Source of the DNA: an uncultured Bacilli bacterium
GTDB taxonomy: Bacteria > Bacillota_I > Bacilli_A > RF39 > UBA660
Assembly: GCA_947628345.1 (NCBI GenBank)
Contig: CANQZM010000002.1
Coordinates: 1 to 61,015 of the forward strand
Direction of reading: 5' to 3'
DNA length: 61,015 nucleotides
This document shows, piece by piece, positions 49,151-58,726 of the stretch (its first letter is position 1; each line of letters begins with the position of its first letter). Both the position numbers and the translations under genes were made by a program. A model generated the notes under the pieces. It had not been told where the DNA came from. It worked only from the letters and a program-made list of their open reading frames with translations, and did not search any database.

Positions 49151-49949
49151 AACCTAAAGCTACATCCATAATCATCATAATAGTAAAACCAATTAAGGTG
49201 AAAAAAGCCATTAAATCTTTCTTTTTATTAGTTTGACTTTCGGGTATTAATTCTTCTACTACAACATAAATCATAGCTCCTGCTGCAAAAGCTAATAAAT
49301 AAGGTAGTAAGAATCTAGCTTTAATTACTAAAATAGCTCCAATTACACCGGCAATAGGTTCAACTATACCACTAAGTTGACCGAAGAAAAATGCTTTTTT
49401 TCTAGAAAGTCCTTCACGTCTTAATGGCAAGCTAACTGCAATACCCTCCGGAAAATTTTGTAAGCCAATACCTAAAGCTAACATACAGGCTGAAGAAATA
49501 GTAGCTCCATCAATTCCATAATAAAGAGAACCAAAAGCAACACCAACAGCTAAACCTTCTGGAATATTGTGTAGTGTAATAGAAATTATTAACATTAAGC
49601 AACGTTTAAAACTGGCATTAGTTTTAAACTGTTTTTTTTCTTCCAAAATATCAAAAACTTTATCACCAGCAAATAGCAAGATAGCACCTAAAAGCATACC
49701 AATACTAGTTACAATCCAAGGGGTTAAATTAAGTTTTTCTGACATAGTAATAGCTGGAGAAAGCAAAGAAAAGAATGATGCTGCTATCATAACACCTGCA
49801 GCAAAACCAAGCATAGCATCCATAATACTTTTATTAACTTTTTTAAAGCAAAATACAATCATAGCTCCAAGAGCAGTTACTGCCCAAGTAAAAATAGTGG
49901 CAATCAAAGCTTGAATAGGATAATTCAAGTTACAGAACCAATTAATCAT
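49149..49949 (-). CDS. ZIP family metal (zinc) transporter
   Basis: Eight TM segments and HNIPEGLAVG / QNFPEGIAVS motifs, as in ZupT/GufA-like proteins. Confidence 0.85.
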   Translation of the reverse strand: MINWFCNLNYPIQALIATIFTWAVTALGAMIVFCFKKVNKSIMDAMLGFAAGVMIAASFFSLLSPAITMSEKLNLTPWIVTSIGMLLGAILLFAGDKVFDILEEKKQFKTNASFKRCLMLIISITLHNIPEGLAVGVAFGSLYYGIDGATISSACMLALGIGLQNFPEGIAVSLPLRREGLSRKKAFFFGQLSGIVEPIAGVIGAILVIKARFLLPYLLAFAAGAMIYVVVEELIPESQTNKKKDLMAFFTLIGFTIMMIMDVALG

Positions 49950-50065
49950 TAAAATACCTCCAAATTCTAACGTATTTTATGTATTTGTTATATTTGTGTA
50001 TAGACTAAATAATTAGATTCGTTCTTTTTCTTTTATTTTCATAATAAAATATGATAGGTGATTGA

Positions 50066-51169
50066 ATGAAAAAAAACTTTGATTTAATACTATGTATTGC
50101 CGTAATAATGCTGATATTCTTTGGAGTTATTATGATTTATTCAGCATCATCTATATGGGCTAATTATAAATTTGATGATAGTTTTTATTATGTAAAGCGT
50201 CAATTAGTTTTTGTAATAATTGGGATTGTTATTATGTTTTTAGTAGCTAAAATTAACTATAAGCTCTATTTTAAATATGCAAATAAAATTTTATTAATTT
50301 GTTTTATTTTATTGATTTTAGTTGTTATTCCAGGAATAGGTAGTATTAGAAATGGAAGTCGTAGTTGGTTTGGGATTGGTTCTTTTGGAATTCAACCTAG
50401 TGAAGCAGCTAAATTAGGAATGATTATATTTACCAGTAAATACTTAAATAATAGTACCAAGTTTTTGAAAAGTTATAAAGAGGGTGTTTTCCCAATTTTA
50501 GGTATTTTATTTACTTTCTTTTTCCTAATTATGTTGCAACCTGATTTAGGAACTGGTGTGATTTTAATTATGTCTATTATTGCTTTACTATTTATTGCAG
50601 GTGTTAATATGAAATTCTTTATTGGTGGGGGAGTATTAGGAGTAATTGGAATTGTGATTTTAATTTTAATAGCGCCGTATCGAATGGATAGAATTACCTC
50701 ATTCTTAAATCCCTGGAAAGATCCATTAGGTACAGGGTTTCAAATAATTCAAAGTTTATATGCCATTGGACCTGGAGGATTATTGGGTACAGGTTTTGGT
50801 AATTCAATTCAAAAACATTTTTATTTACCTGAACCCCAAACTGACTTTATTTTTTCTATTATTTCAGAAGAATTTGGAATTATGGGAGTATTGATTGTAG
50901 TTTCTTTGTTTTCTGTTATAATTTATCGAGGATTAAAAATTGCTTTGGGATGTAAGGATGGATTTTCTAAATATTTAGCCTTTGGTATGACTTTCCAATT
51001 AGCTTTTCAAACAATCATGAATTTAATGGTAGTAATCGGTATGATACCAGTAACAGGGGTAACTTTGCCTTTCTTATCTTATGGAGGATCAAGTTTATTA
51101 ATTACTTTAGTAAGTATAGGGATTTTATTAAATATTTCTAAGTATCAAAATAATAATATAGAACTTTAG
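50066..51169 (+). CDS. SEDS family protein (FtsW/RodA/SpoVE), second copy
   Basis: IQPSEAAKL, LQPDLGT, LPEPQTDFIFS and TLPFLSYGGSS. Confidence 0.85.
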   Translation: MKKNFDLILCIAVIMLIFFGVIMIYSASSIWANYKFDDSFYYVKRQLVFVIIGIVIMFLVAKINYKLYFKYANKILLICFILLILVVIPGIGSIRNGSRSWFGIGSFGIQPSEAAKLGMIIFTSKYLNNSTKFLKSYKEGVFPILGILFTFFFLIMLQPDLGTGVILIMSIIALLFIAGVNMKFFIGGGVLGVIGIVILILIAPYRMDRITSFLNPWKDPLGTGFQIIQSLYAIGPGGLLGTGFGNSIQKHFYLPEPQTDFIFSIISEEFGIMGVLIVVSLFSVIIYRGLKIALGCKDGFSKYLAFGMTFQLAFQTIMNLMVVIGMIPVTGVTLPFLSYGGSSLLITLVSIGILLNISKYQNNNIEL

Positions 51170-51352
51170 TCAGGATAAACGCATGAAAATTTTTTAGTTA
51201 AGTATATGCTTTCTTAATCAATATTTAATTTATTTGCCATTATTTTTATTTCCTCGAGTTTCTTTGATTTTTTTGACATTTTTACACCAATTTTATTCTT
51301 TTACATATATAATAACACAAAAAATGCACAAATTCTCATGCGTTTATCCTGA
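51170..51352. repeat. 22-bp inverted repeat (1 mismatch) bracketing 139 bp
   Basis: TCAGGATAAACGCATGAAAATT at 51170-51191 versus AATTCTCATGCGTTTATCCTGA at 51331-51352. Confidence 0.85.
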
Positions 51353-51357
51353 AGGTA

Positions 51358-51379
51358 GCAAATAAATTGCAAATAAATT
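51358..51379 (+). repeat. 2 x 11-bp tandem direct repeat abutting a -35 box
   Basis: GCAAATAAATT at 51358-51368 and again at 51369-51379. Confidence 0.85.
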
Positions 51380-51380
51380 G

Positions 51381-51409
51381 TTGACAAAAAATTTATTATC
51401 GTATAGAAT
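51381..51409 (+). promoter_or_regulatory. Candidate promoter of the 1080-aa surface protein gene
   Basis: TTGACA (51381-51386), 17-nt spacer, TAGAAT (51404-51409). Confidence 0.55.
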
Positions 51410-51454
51410 ATAGGCAGATTGGAAGAGACCAATCATTAGTAAGGGGAAATGTTT

Positions 51455-54400
51455 ATGAAAAACAAAGAAAAGCTATATTATTCATTAGGAATAGGAATAA
51501 TCATAGTGGCAATCATCTTTTTATGCGTAGTATTTTTCAATAAAAAATATACAATAACTATGTATAATGATGGAGAAGAGTATAAGGTAATTAAAATAGA
51601 AAAAGGGGAAAAATTAAAATTACCAGATGCTCCAGAAAAAGAAGGATATACTTTTAGTGGATGGTATGTCGATGGAAAAGAATTTGACAGTGATACAAAG
51701 ATAACAAAAGATTTAGAGTTAGAAGCAAAGTGGGTAAAGAATACTTATACTGTAGTCTTTAAAACTGGAACAGGTAGTGACATAACAAAAAAAGTAAAAT
51801 ATAAAGATAAAGTAGCAAAACCAAGCAATCCAACAAAAGAAGGCTATGAATTTGTCGGATGGTTTATAGGTAATAAAAAGTATAACTTTGCTAGTAAAGT
51901 AACCAAAGATTTAGAAATAACTGCTAAGTGGACAAAGGTAAGTACTACAAGTAAAACAAATAGTACAAGTAATGTCAAAAGAACAGAAAGAAATGCTGAA
52001 CAATCAGTAGCATACCAAGTAGAACATTATTTAATGGATACAAAAGGTAAATATAGTGATAAACCTAATTATATAGATTCATATACTACTGTTGTTGGTG
52101 CAAAAGTAAACCCAATTGTTCATAGTTATAAAGGATTTACCTCACCAATTGTTCAAACAGTAACAGCTGGAAATAATACTGTAGTTAAATATTATTATGA
52201 AAGAAATAAGTATCAATTAACTTTAAATAATTCAGAAGGAATTACTGCAGTTAAAGGTAATGGAACATATTATTATGATCAGGAAGTAGTTATTGAAGCA
52301 ACTTTACATGAAGGTTATTCATTTGCTGACTGGTTAAATGGTAGTATGAATGTAGCAGATACATTGAAAACAACAGTTAAAATGAGTGATAGCAACTTAA
52401 GTTTAACAGCAACTGCAAAGATAAATGATACAACTATTATCTACTATGATGAAAAAGGAAATGAAATAGCAACAGATATTGATGCAGAACCTGGTAAAAC
52501 AGTAAAAGAAAACACTAATGCAAAAGCTTATGAAATAAAAGAAGGTTACACATTTGCTGGTTGGTATACTGCCGATGGAACAAAATTTGATTTTGATAAT
52601 AATACAATGCCAATAAAAGGTGGATTAAAATTAACTGCTAAATTTGAAGCAAATGAATACACAGTACATTTTGATTCAAATGGTGGAACTGAATCAATGA
52701 ACGACCAAACATTTAAGTATGATGATGGTCAAGCATTAAATTCTAATGAATTTACTCGCGAAGGATATACATTCCAAGGTTGGAGTAAAGAGGCAGCTGG
52801 AACAACAGTTGACTATAAAGATGGAGCAGTAGCTAATTTTGCAACAAGTGATGAAATAACATTATATGCCGTATGGAAAGCTAATACTTATACTGTAAAA
52901 TTTGATGCTAATAACGGAACAGGTCAGATATCAAATCAAAAATTTACTTATGATGAACAACAAGAATTAACTGCTAATGAATTTACTCGTGAAGGATATA
53001 CATTCCAAGGATGGAGTAAAACTCAAAGTGGAGAAGTTGAATTTGGAGATAAATATAAAGTTGGAAATTTAGTAACTGAAAATAATGGCACATTAACTTT
53101 ATATGCAGTATGGAAAGCCAATGAATATACGGTTAAGTTTGAAGCTAATTTTGAAGGTTACAATGAAGATACCAATGGTACAATGGAAGACCAAAAATTT
53201 ACTTACGATGATGGTCAAAAATTAACTGATAATAAATTTACTCGTGAAGGATATACATTCCAAGGATGGAGTACAACTAAGAAAGGTCCAAAAGAATATA
53301 ATGATGGAGAAGCTAAGAATTTTACAACTAAAAATACAACAGTTACTCTATATGCAGTATGGAAAGCCAATGAAGTAACTATTCATTATCATGGCAATAA
53401 TAAAAATCATGATGAAAATACTCAAACATTTACTGTTGAGTCAACAGAATCAAAAGATAATGGCTTTACAAATAGTTTTAGAGTAACTTATCAAGATAAG
53501 GATGGTAAAAATCCAACAAAAACAGAAGATATAGTAGCTGAATTTGAATGCTGGTCTGAAACTGAAGATGGAGAATGTATAGATACAACTGAATTTAAAA
53601 ACGAAGTAATAGAAGCTCTTAATAAAAAAGACGGAGAAGAATTTGATTTATATGCTGAATGGACTGCAGATATTGAAATAAAGAATCCTGAAGAAGACTC
53701 ACAACGTGAATTTGTTGGTTGGTATTTAAATGATAAACCAATTGACGAAATGCTTGATAGTTCTGAACATGGTAAGTATACAATTGATACAGATATTGTA
53801 ATTGTAGCAAAATACCTAAAAATCCTTGATTTAGATAATATAATTAAAGATTTTGTAAAAGATGATACTGATATTTATACATTAAACTTAGATAGCAATA
53901 TAATTACAATTGATATTAAAAAACCAAATATTAAAATTTCTGATTTACAAGCAATAAAAGATCTTAATGAGTTTTTAGTACAAAATGCTGATATTATTAC
54001 GTCAAATAAAGTTGCTGAAAGTAATAGTTCAAAGGACCTTGAAGAATATTTAAAAGAAATTGGTAAACATCAATTAAGTTATTTATATGGCAAAAATTTA
54101 AGCCTTACAATTAAATTAGATGAAAAATTAGCTAAATTTGAAAAAAATAGCGAAATCAAAGAAAAAACTTATACGATTAAATTTACTAATAACTCTAAAA
54201 ATATAATTACAGTAAAAGAATATAATGAATTTGCTGAAAAAATGTTGCCATTAATAAATACTCATCAAAGTACAAGATATAATGTAAGTGTTAATGACAG
54301 TAATATAAAAGTTTTATATGCTGATTCAACTAGTACTTTAACTTTAGCAAGTAGTTTACAAGGTTCTGGAATTTTAACAGTTTTTCAACAATATTTAGCT

Positions 54401-54691
54401 AAAGATTATATTAAATCAATGGAATTAACTTTACCTAAAAAAGAAGGATTTGATGGAACTGATATGCATGTAACAGTATATCCTGATAATGTTACAGATG
54501 ATAATTATATTATTTTTGGTTTAAGTTTAGTAGAATATTTTGAAAATGCAGGCTATGAAAAAACCATTAAAAATCAAGAATTGGATAATATAATAATAAA
54601 GGTTAAAATAAATCCTCAAGATGGTAAATATTTTCAAGAAGGGATTTTTGATGAGTTTAATATAACATTTGGACCTCAAAATCAAGCTTAG
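51455..54691 (+). CDS. Large membrane-anchored surface protein: about 9 Listeria-Bacteroides-type repeats plus a C-terminal pair of the GSG/YTIKF module
   Basis: N-terminal anchor YYSLGIGIIIVAIIFLCVVFF. Repeated EGY(T/E)F.GW...(L/I).A.W units, including three near-identical FTREGYTFQGWS...LYAVWKAN copies (about 52650-53380). The C-terminus carries QGSGILTVF and KTYTIKFT. Confidence 0.7.
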   Translation: MKNKEKLYYSLGIGIIIVAIIFLCVVFFNKKYTITMYNDGEEYKVIKIEKGEKLKLPDAPEKEGYTFSGWYVDGKEFDSDTKITKDLELEAKWVKNTYTVVFKTGTGSDITKKVKYKDKVAKPSNPTKEGYEFVGWFIGNKKYNFASKVTKDLEITAKWTKVSTTSKTNSTSNVKRTERNAEQSVAYQVEHYLMDTKGKYSDKPNYIDSYTTVVGAKVNPIVHSYKGFTSPIVQTVTAGNNTVVKYYYERNKYQLTLNNSEGITAVKGNGTYYYDQEVVIEATLHEGYSFADWLNGSMNVADTLKTTVKMSDSNLSLTATAKINDTTIIYYDEKGNEIATDIDAEPGKTVKENTNAKAYEIKEGYTFAGWYTADGTKFDFDNNTMPIKGGLKLTAKFEANEYTVHFDSNGGTESMNDQTFKYDDGQALNSNEFTREGYTFQGWSKEAAGTTVDYKDGAVANFATSDEITLYAVWKANTYTVKFDANNGTGQISNQKFTYDEQQELTANEFTREGYTFQGWSKTQSGEVEFGDKYKVGNLVTENNGTLTLYAVWKANEYTVKFEANFEGYNEDTNGTMEDQKFTYDDGQKLTDNKFTREGYTFQGWSTTKKGPKEYNDGEAKNFTTKNTTVTLYAVWKANEVTIHYHGNNKNHDENTQTFTVESTESKDNGFTNSFRVTYQDKDGKNPTKTEDIVAEFECWSETEDGECIDTTEFKNEVIEALNKKDGEEFDLYAEWTADIEIKNPEEDSQREFVGWYLNDKPIDEMLDSSEHGKYTIDTDIVIVAKYLKILDLDNIIKDFVKDDTDIYTLNLDSNIITIDIKKPNIKISDLQAIKDLNEFLVQNADIITSNKVAESNSSKDLEEYLKEIGKHQLSYLYGKNLSLTIKLDEKLAKFEKNSEIKEKTYTIKFTNNSKNIITVKEYNEFAEKMLPLINTHQSTRYNVSVNDSNIKVLYADSTSTLTLASSLQGSGILTVFQQYLAKDYIKSMELTLPKKEGFDGTDMHVTVYPDNVTDDNYIIFGLSLVEYFENAGYEKTIKNQELDNIIIKVKINPQDGKYFQEGIFDEFNITFGPQNQA

Positions 54692-54705
54692 GCTTGATTT
54701 TTTTG
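54679..54705 (+). terminator. Intrinsic terminator
   Basis: AAATCAAGC-ttag-GCTTGATTT followed by a T run. The stop codon lies in the loop. Confidence 0.65.
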
Positions 54706-54827
54706 TAACAATATCACGGAACAAAAATGAGAAAAAAACTAATTTTGTATCATGTGTAAGACAAAATTGGCTTTTGTGAAATATAAGTTATAATTTTAAA
54801 GAAAGGAATAAGGTTGAAAATAAATAA

Positions 54828-55187
54828 TTAAAATTTAGGCATACAAAATGAGTTCAAAAATATCAATTTTTTTTGAACTTGTAATAGTAAATGAAGACTA
54901 TAAAATAAGTGTTCTTTCAATAAATTTTTATTAAAAGGCCTTAACTGAAAATCTATACCAAAAAACTGAATTGCTTTTGCAAAGATAAGGTTACGTTCTC
55001 TTTGGACACACTCATTTGTACTCAAAGAATAATCGACAGGTATTCTATTTCTTCTACTTCTCTTGAAATATTTCTAGGATCAAGGAATAGTCTTTCACTA
55101 ATTTCAATTAGTTTGTCATTATGGGCAATACCAAATGAGATAACCTTTCTTTGTTTTGGATTTATATGTTTTCATGTTTTCATTTAA
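54828..55187 (-). pseudogene. Frame-disrupted remnant of an unidentified gene
   Basis: RBS GGAGA plus ATG, then three consecutive reading-frame pieces (MKTYKSKTKK / VISFGIAHNDKLIEISERLFLDPRNISREVEE / STNECVQRERNLIFAKAIQFFGIDFQL...). Carries an 8-bp tandem duplication at 55168-55183. Confidence 0.3.
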
Positions 55188-55452
55188 AATTTCTCCTATA
55201 CCTGCATAGAACATAATATATTATACTATAATCAGACTTAATTCCGTTATTTAGTTAAAGAGGTACTAAAATTAAAAAAAATTAGTGAGTTTTTAGGTAG
55301 GAGTGATGATGAAATTAAAAATAATTCATATAAATATAATAGATTGGTTATTAAAAGAAGTTTAGTGGTGGAAAATTTGAATAAATCTTTAGTATCATCT
55401 TGTTTCAAAAAGGTTTGTGATATGCTATAATGATTTATGGTGATAATATATT

Positions 55453-56175
55453 ATGAATGGAAAAATTGGAATTTTTGATTCAGGTATAGGTGGTTTAACT
55501 ATTTTGGAAGAATTAAAACAAATTCTTCCTCATGAGCAATTTATTTATTATCAAGATAGTAAGAATAATCCTTATGGGGAAAAAGATGAAGAAAGTTTAT
55601 TTAAGATTGTTACTAGTATTGTTGAATTTTTAATAGCAAAAGACTGTAAACTTATTGTTATTGCTTGTAACACAGCAACTGTAAAGTGTATGAAAAAACT
55701 GAAAAAAATATATTCTGATATCATTTTTGTTGGAACAGTACCTGCTATAAAACCGGCATGTGAGGCAAACTATAAAAATATTTTAGTGATGGCTACTCCG
55801 GTCACTATTAAATCAACTAGAACTAAAGAACTAATAGATAGTAATAAAAAAGATTATCAAAATATTTATTTGGTATCATGTGAAGGTTTAGCTAATGCGA
55901 TTGAAACTAAAAATAATGATTTAATTAACAAGTTACTTCATAAATTTCTTGACTCTTACCAAACTATGAAAATTGATGCTATTGTTTTAGGTTGTACTCA
56001 TTATCCTCTTATAAAACATGAAATCCTAGAAGTGATTCCTACTGCACAATTAATTGATAGTTCTAGAGGTGTAGCTAAAGAAGTAAAACATCAATTGGAG
56101 TTAAATAAGATATTTGGTAATTATCATCAAACAATTACTTTTTACACATCAGTTGATATTTCAATAAATAATTGA
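55453..56175 (+). CDS. murI: Glutamate racemase
   Basis: GIFDSGIGGLTI, IACNTAT and LGCTHYP. Confidence 0.9.
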   Translation: MNGKIGIFDSGIGGLTILEELKQILPHEQFIYYQDSKNNPYGEKDEESLFKIVTSIVEFLIAKDCKLIVIACNTATVKCMKKLKKIYSDIIFVGTVPAIKPACEANYKNILVMATPVTIKSTRTKELIDSNKKDYQNIYLVSCEGLANAIETKNNDLINKLLHKFLDSYQTMKIDAIVLGCTHYPLIKHEILEVIPTAQLIDSSRGVAKEVKHQLELNKIFGNYHQTITFYTSVDISINN

Positions 56176-56231
56176 CAAAATCATGAAAAAATGGTATAAT
56201 CTAAAGCATCGTGATTAGAGGGGTGTCTGGT

Positions 56232-57413
56232 ATGAAAATAATGGACAAGCAAAATAAGATAGATTATGATTTTTTAATGATGGATTATCTTAAATCTTAT
56301 TTATTTTATCATAGTAAAGAACAAACTTTAGAATTAATGGAAAAAATTATTAGAAAAAAGAAAGTTGCTATTTTAACTAAAGACTTAGAAACTATAGGTT
56401 CAGATAACTTAAGTACAATTTTATCTAATCTTGTTTTAAAAATAATTAGAAATGATAAAACAACTAGTGAAATTAGAGATGATTTAACTACTCTTTTACC
56501 TGCTATTATTGAAACTAATATGGTTATTAATAATTTAGATAATACTAAGAAAAAATCTCATATTAAACATTTTGTTTATACTACAGCTTTAATTACTACC
56601 TTAGCTAGTAGCTTTGTTTTACTTAATAATAAAGGTAGTGCTAATAATCATAGTTTAACAGAAAAAACTATTCAAAATATTAATAATATGGATGATATTG
56701 CTTCTGGTATCATTGATGTTAATAATGTAATTAGTAATCAAATAAGTAATCAAGGTGTTCATATTACCCAAGAAGTAGTAGAAACATTACCTAATGAAAA
56801 AGAAAATGGTTCTAGTATTGACAAACAAAGTATTTTAGATAATTTTACTAAGTGTAAATGTTTAAAAGATATTTTGAAAAGACAAACAGAATTGGAGTCA
56901 CTAAACTTAACTAAAGAGGATAAAATATATCCAGGTTGTAAGTTATCAGCACCACTTCAACGATTCATTTATGAACAATCAATTTCTAACAATATTCCAG
57001 TAGATTTTACTTTTGCTATTATCCATACTGAAACTAGAGGTAACTTTAAATCCAGTGGGGCAGCATCTTATAACTCATGGAATGATAGTTATGACTTAGG
57101 ACTTACTCAACAAAATACAAAAAGTTCAGTTAAAAACTTTTGTAATGTATATAAAGTAGGTTATGATAAGGCTTGCGAACAAATTCAATATAATGATTAC
57201 GTAAACATAGTATCAGCCTTTTTAGAATATCAAGAAATAGCTTCTCACTTTGAAGAATTTGATGCATATGAGTATGCTGGCTGCTACAATGGTTGGCTTA
57301 ATTGGAAAAATAAATCACAGTCTCGTGAATATGTTAAAATCTTTAATAAAGCATATGAAAATATTTACACAAAACATCATGGTATTGAAAAAACAAAAAC
57401 TAAAAATAAATAA
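56232..57413 (+). CDS. Membrane-anchored protein with a C-terminal lytic-transglycosylase-like (SLT/GH23-type) segment
   Basis: Central TM segment (FVYTTALITTLASSFVLL). FAIIHTETRGNF...YDLGLTQQN resembles the E-S/T...GLMQ pattern. Weak, by-eye call. ATG 56232 follows AGAGGGGTG. Confidence 0.4.
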   Translation: MKIMDKQNKIDYDFLMMDYLKSYLFYHSKEQTLELMEKIIRKKKVAILTKDLETIGSDNLSTILSNLVLKIIRNDKTTSEIRDDLTTLLPAIIETNMVINNLDNTKKKSHIKHFVYTTALITTLASSFVLLNNKGSANNHSLTEKTIQNINNMDDIASGIIDVNNVISNQISNQGVHITQEVVETLPNEKENGSSIDKQSILDNFTKCKCLKDILKRQTELESLNLTKEDKIYPGCKLSAPLQRFIYEQSISNNIPVDFTFAIIHTETRGNFKSSGAASYNSWNDSYDLGLTQQNTKSSVKNFCNVYKVGYDKACEQIQYNDYVNIVSAFLEYQEIASHFEEFDAYEYAGCYNGWLNWKNKSQSREYVKIFNKAYENIYTKHHGIEKTKTKNK

Positions 57414-57443
57414 AAGTATAATGCAAAGACATTGTACTTTTTT
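57412..57443 (+). terminator. Intrinsic terminator
   Basis: AAAAGTATAATG-caaaga-CATTGTACTTTT (1 mismatch) followed by TT. Confidence 0.55.
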
Positions 57444-57493
57444 AAATTTACATAAAAATATATAGATGATATAATCAAAGCGAGGTGTAAAAG

Positions 57494-58726
57494 ATGAGTA
57501 ATATTGTAATTGTTGGTGGAGGTGCCAGTGGTTTAATTGCTGCAATATATGCCAAAACTAGTAATAATAAAGTAACTATTTTAGAAAGAAATAAAGAAGT
57601 AGGTAAAAAAATATTAGTAACAGGAAATGGTCGTTGTAATTACTGGAATGAAAATATTACTACTAAAAATTATCATTCTAATAATCTTGAGGAAGTAAAA
57701 AATATTATTACTGATAAAAATAAAGTAGAAATTATGGACTTTTTTAATAAAATAGGAATTATTCCTAAAGTTAAAGATGGTTATTATTATCCTAGATCAA
57801 ATCAAGCAACTAGTATTCGTAATGCTTTAAAAACAGAAGTTAATAATTTAGCTATAGATATTCAATATGATACTTTTGTTAAAGATATAAAAAAACAAAA
57901 TAATCAATTTTTATTAGAAACTTCTAAGGGAGTAATAAAAGCAGATAAAGTTATTATTGCAACTGGTTCTAAGGCTATGCCCAAAACTGGATCAGATGGA
58001 AATGGTTATCTTCTTTTAAAAAACTTAGGACATTCTTTAACTGAACTTTTCCCTGTTTTAGTTCAATTAGAAGGGAAAGGTAATTTCTTTAAATTATGGG
58101 AAGGAGTACGAAGTGAAGCAAAATTAACATTATTAGAACAAGGCAAAAAACTAGCTACTGAAATAGGTGAAATTCAATTAACTAATTATGGTATTAGTGG
58201 TATCTGTACTTTTAATTTAAGTCATTTAGTAGCTAAAGGATTAAAAAGAGGAAAACAAGAAGAAGTAATGATAGACTTTTTACCATTTTTAAACATAAAT
58301 ACGGCAGAAGATTTTATTACTTATTTTGACCAAAGAAATAAATTAGTAGCTAATAGATCAATAGAACAATTATTAGAGGGTATTTTAAATTATAAATTAA
58401 TTAATACTATGTTATATCTAACTAATATTTCTAAGGATAGATCATGGAACAAATTAACTGCTTTAGAAAAAACTAATTTATATAATAATTTAAAAAACTT
58501 TAAGTTAGAAATAATTAAAACTAAGTCTTATGATACTGCTCAAAGTTGTGGTGGAGGTATACCTTTACTTGAAATTAATACTAAAACTATGCAATCAAAA
58601 TTGGTTGATAACTTATATATTGTAGGTGAAATATTAGATGTTGATGGTGTTTGTGGTGGCTATAATTTAGCTTTTGCTTGGCTTAGTGGTATGCTTGCAG
58701 GAAAGGATGCTTCTAAAAATGATTAG
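57494..58726 (+). CDS. HI0933/BaiN-like FAD-dependent oxidoreductase
   Basis: IVIVGGGASGLIAA dinucleotide fold, GNGRCN, and the C-terminal GEILDVDGVCGGYNLAFAWLSG. Confidence 0.8.
   Translation: MSNIVIVGGGASGLIAAIYAKTSNNKVTILERNKEVGKKILVTGNGRCNYWNENITTKNYHSNNLEEVKNIITDKNKVEIMDFFNKIGIIPKVKDGYYYPRSNQATSIRNALKTEVNNLAIDIQYDTFVKDIKKQNNQFLLETSKGVIKADKVIIATGSKAMPKTGSDGNGYLLLKNLGHSLTELFPVLVQLEGKGNFFKLWEGVRSEAKLTLLEQGKKLATEIGEIQLTNYGISGICTFNLSHLVAKGLKRGKQEEVMIDFLPFLNINTAEDFITYFDQRNKLVANRSIEQLLEGILNYKLINTMLYLTNISKDRSWNKLTALEKTNLYNNLKNFKLEIIKTKSYDTAQSCGGGIPLLEINTKTMQSKLVDNLYIVGEILDVDGVCGGYNLAFAWLSGMLAGKDASKND

Noticed and set aside
49567-49914. 115-aa + strand ORF overlapping the ZIP transporter.
   Set aside because: It is antisense to a gene with clear ZIP motifs and a polytopic profile.
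49950-50065. I looked for a Zur/Fur-type palindromic box in the divergent region upstream of the ZIP transporter.
   Set aside because: I found no convincing AT-rich palindrome of the expected length by eye. Confirming or excluding one would need a position weight matrix scan.
14405-54691. I searched the four surface or secreted proteins (14405, 39214, 40146, 51455) for LPXTG-type sortase signals.
   Set aside because: None is present. Anchoring appears to rely on N- or C-terminal TM segments, so no sortase-substrate claim is made.
55306-55365. 19-aa ORF (MMKLKIIHINIIDWLLKEV) with a GGAG-like RBS upstream of murI. I considered it as a possible leader peptide.
   Set aside because: No terminator or antiterminator structure follows it, and murI has its own extended -10 promoter downstream of it.
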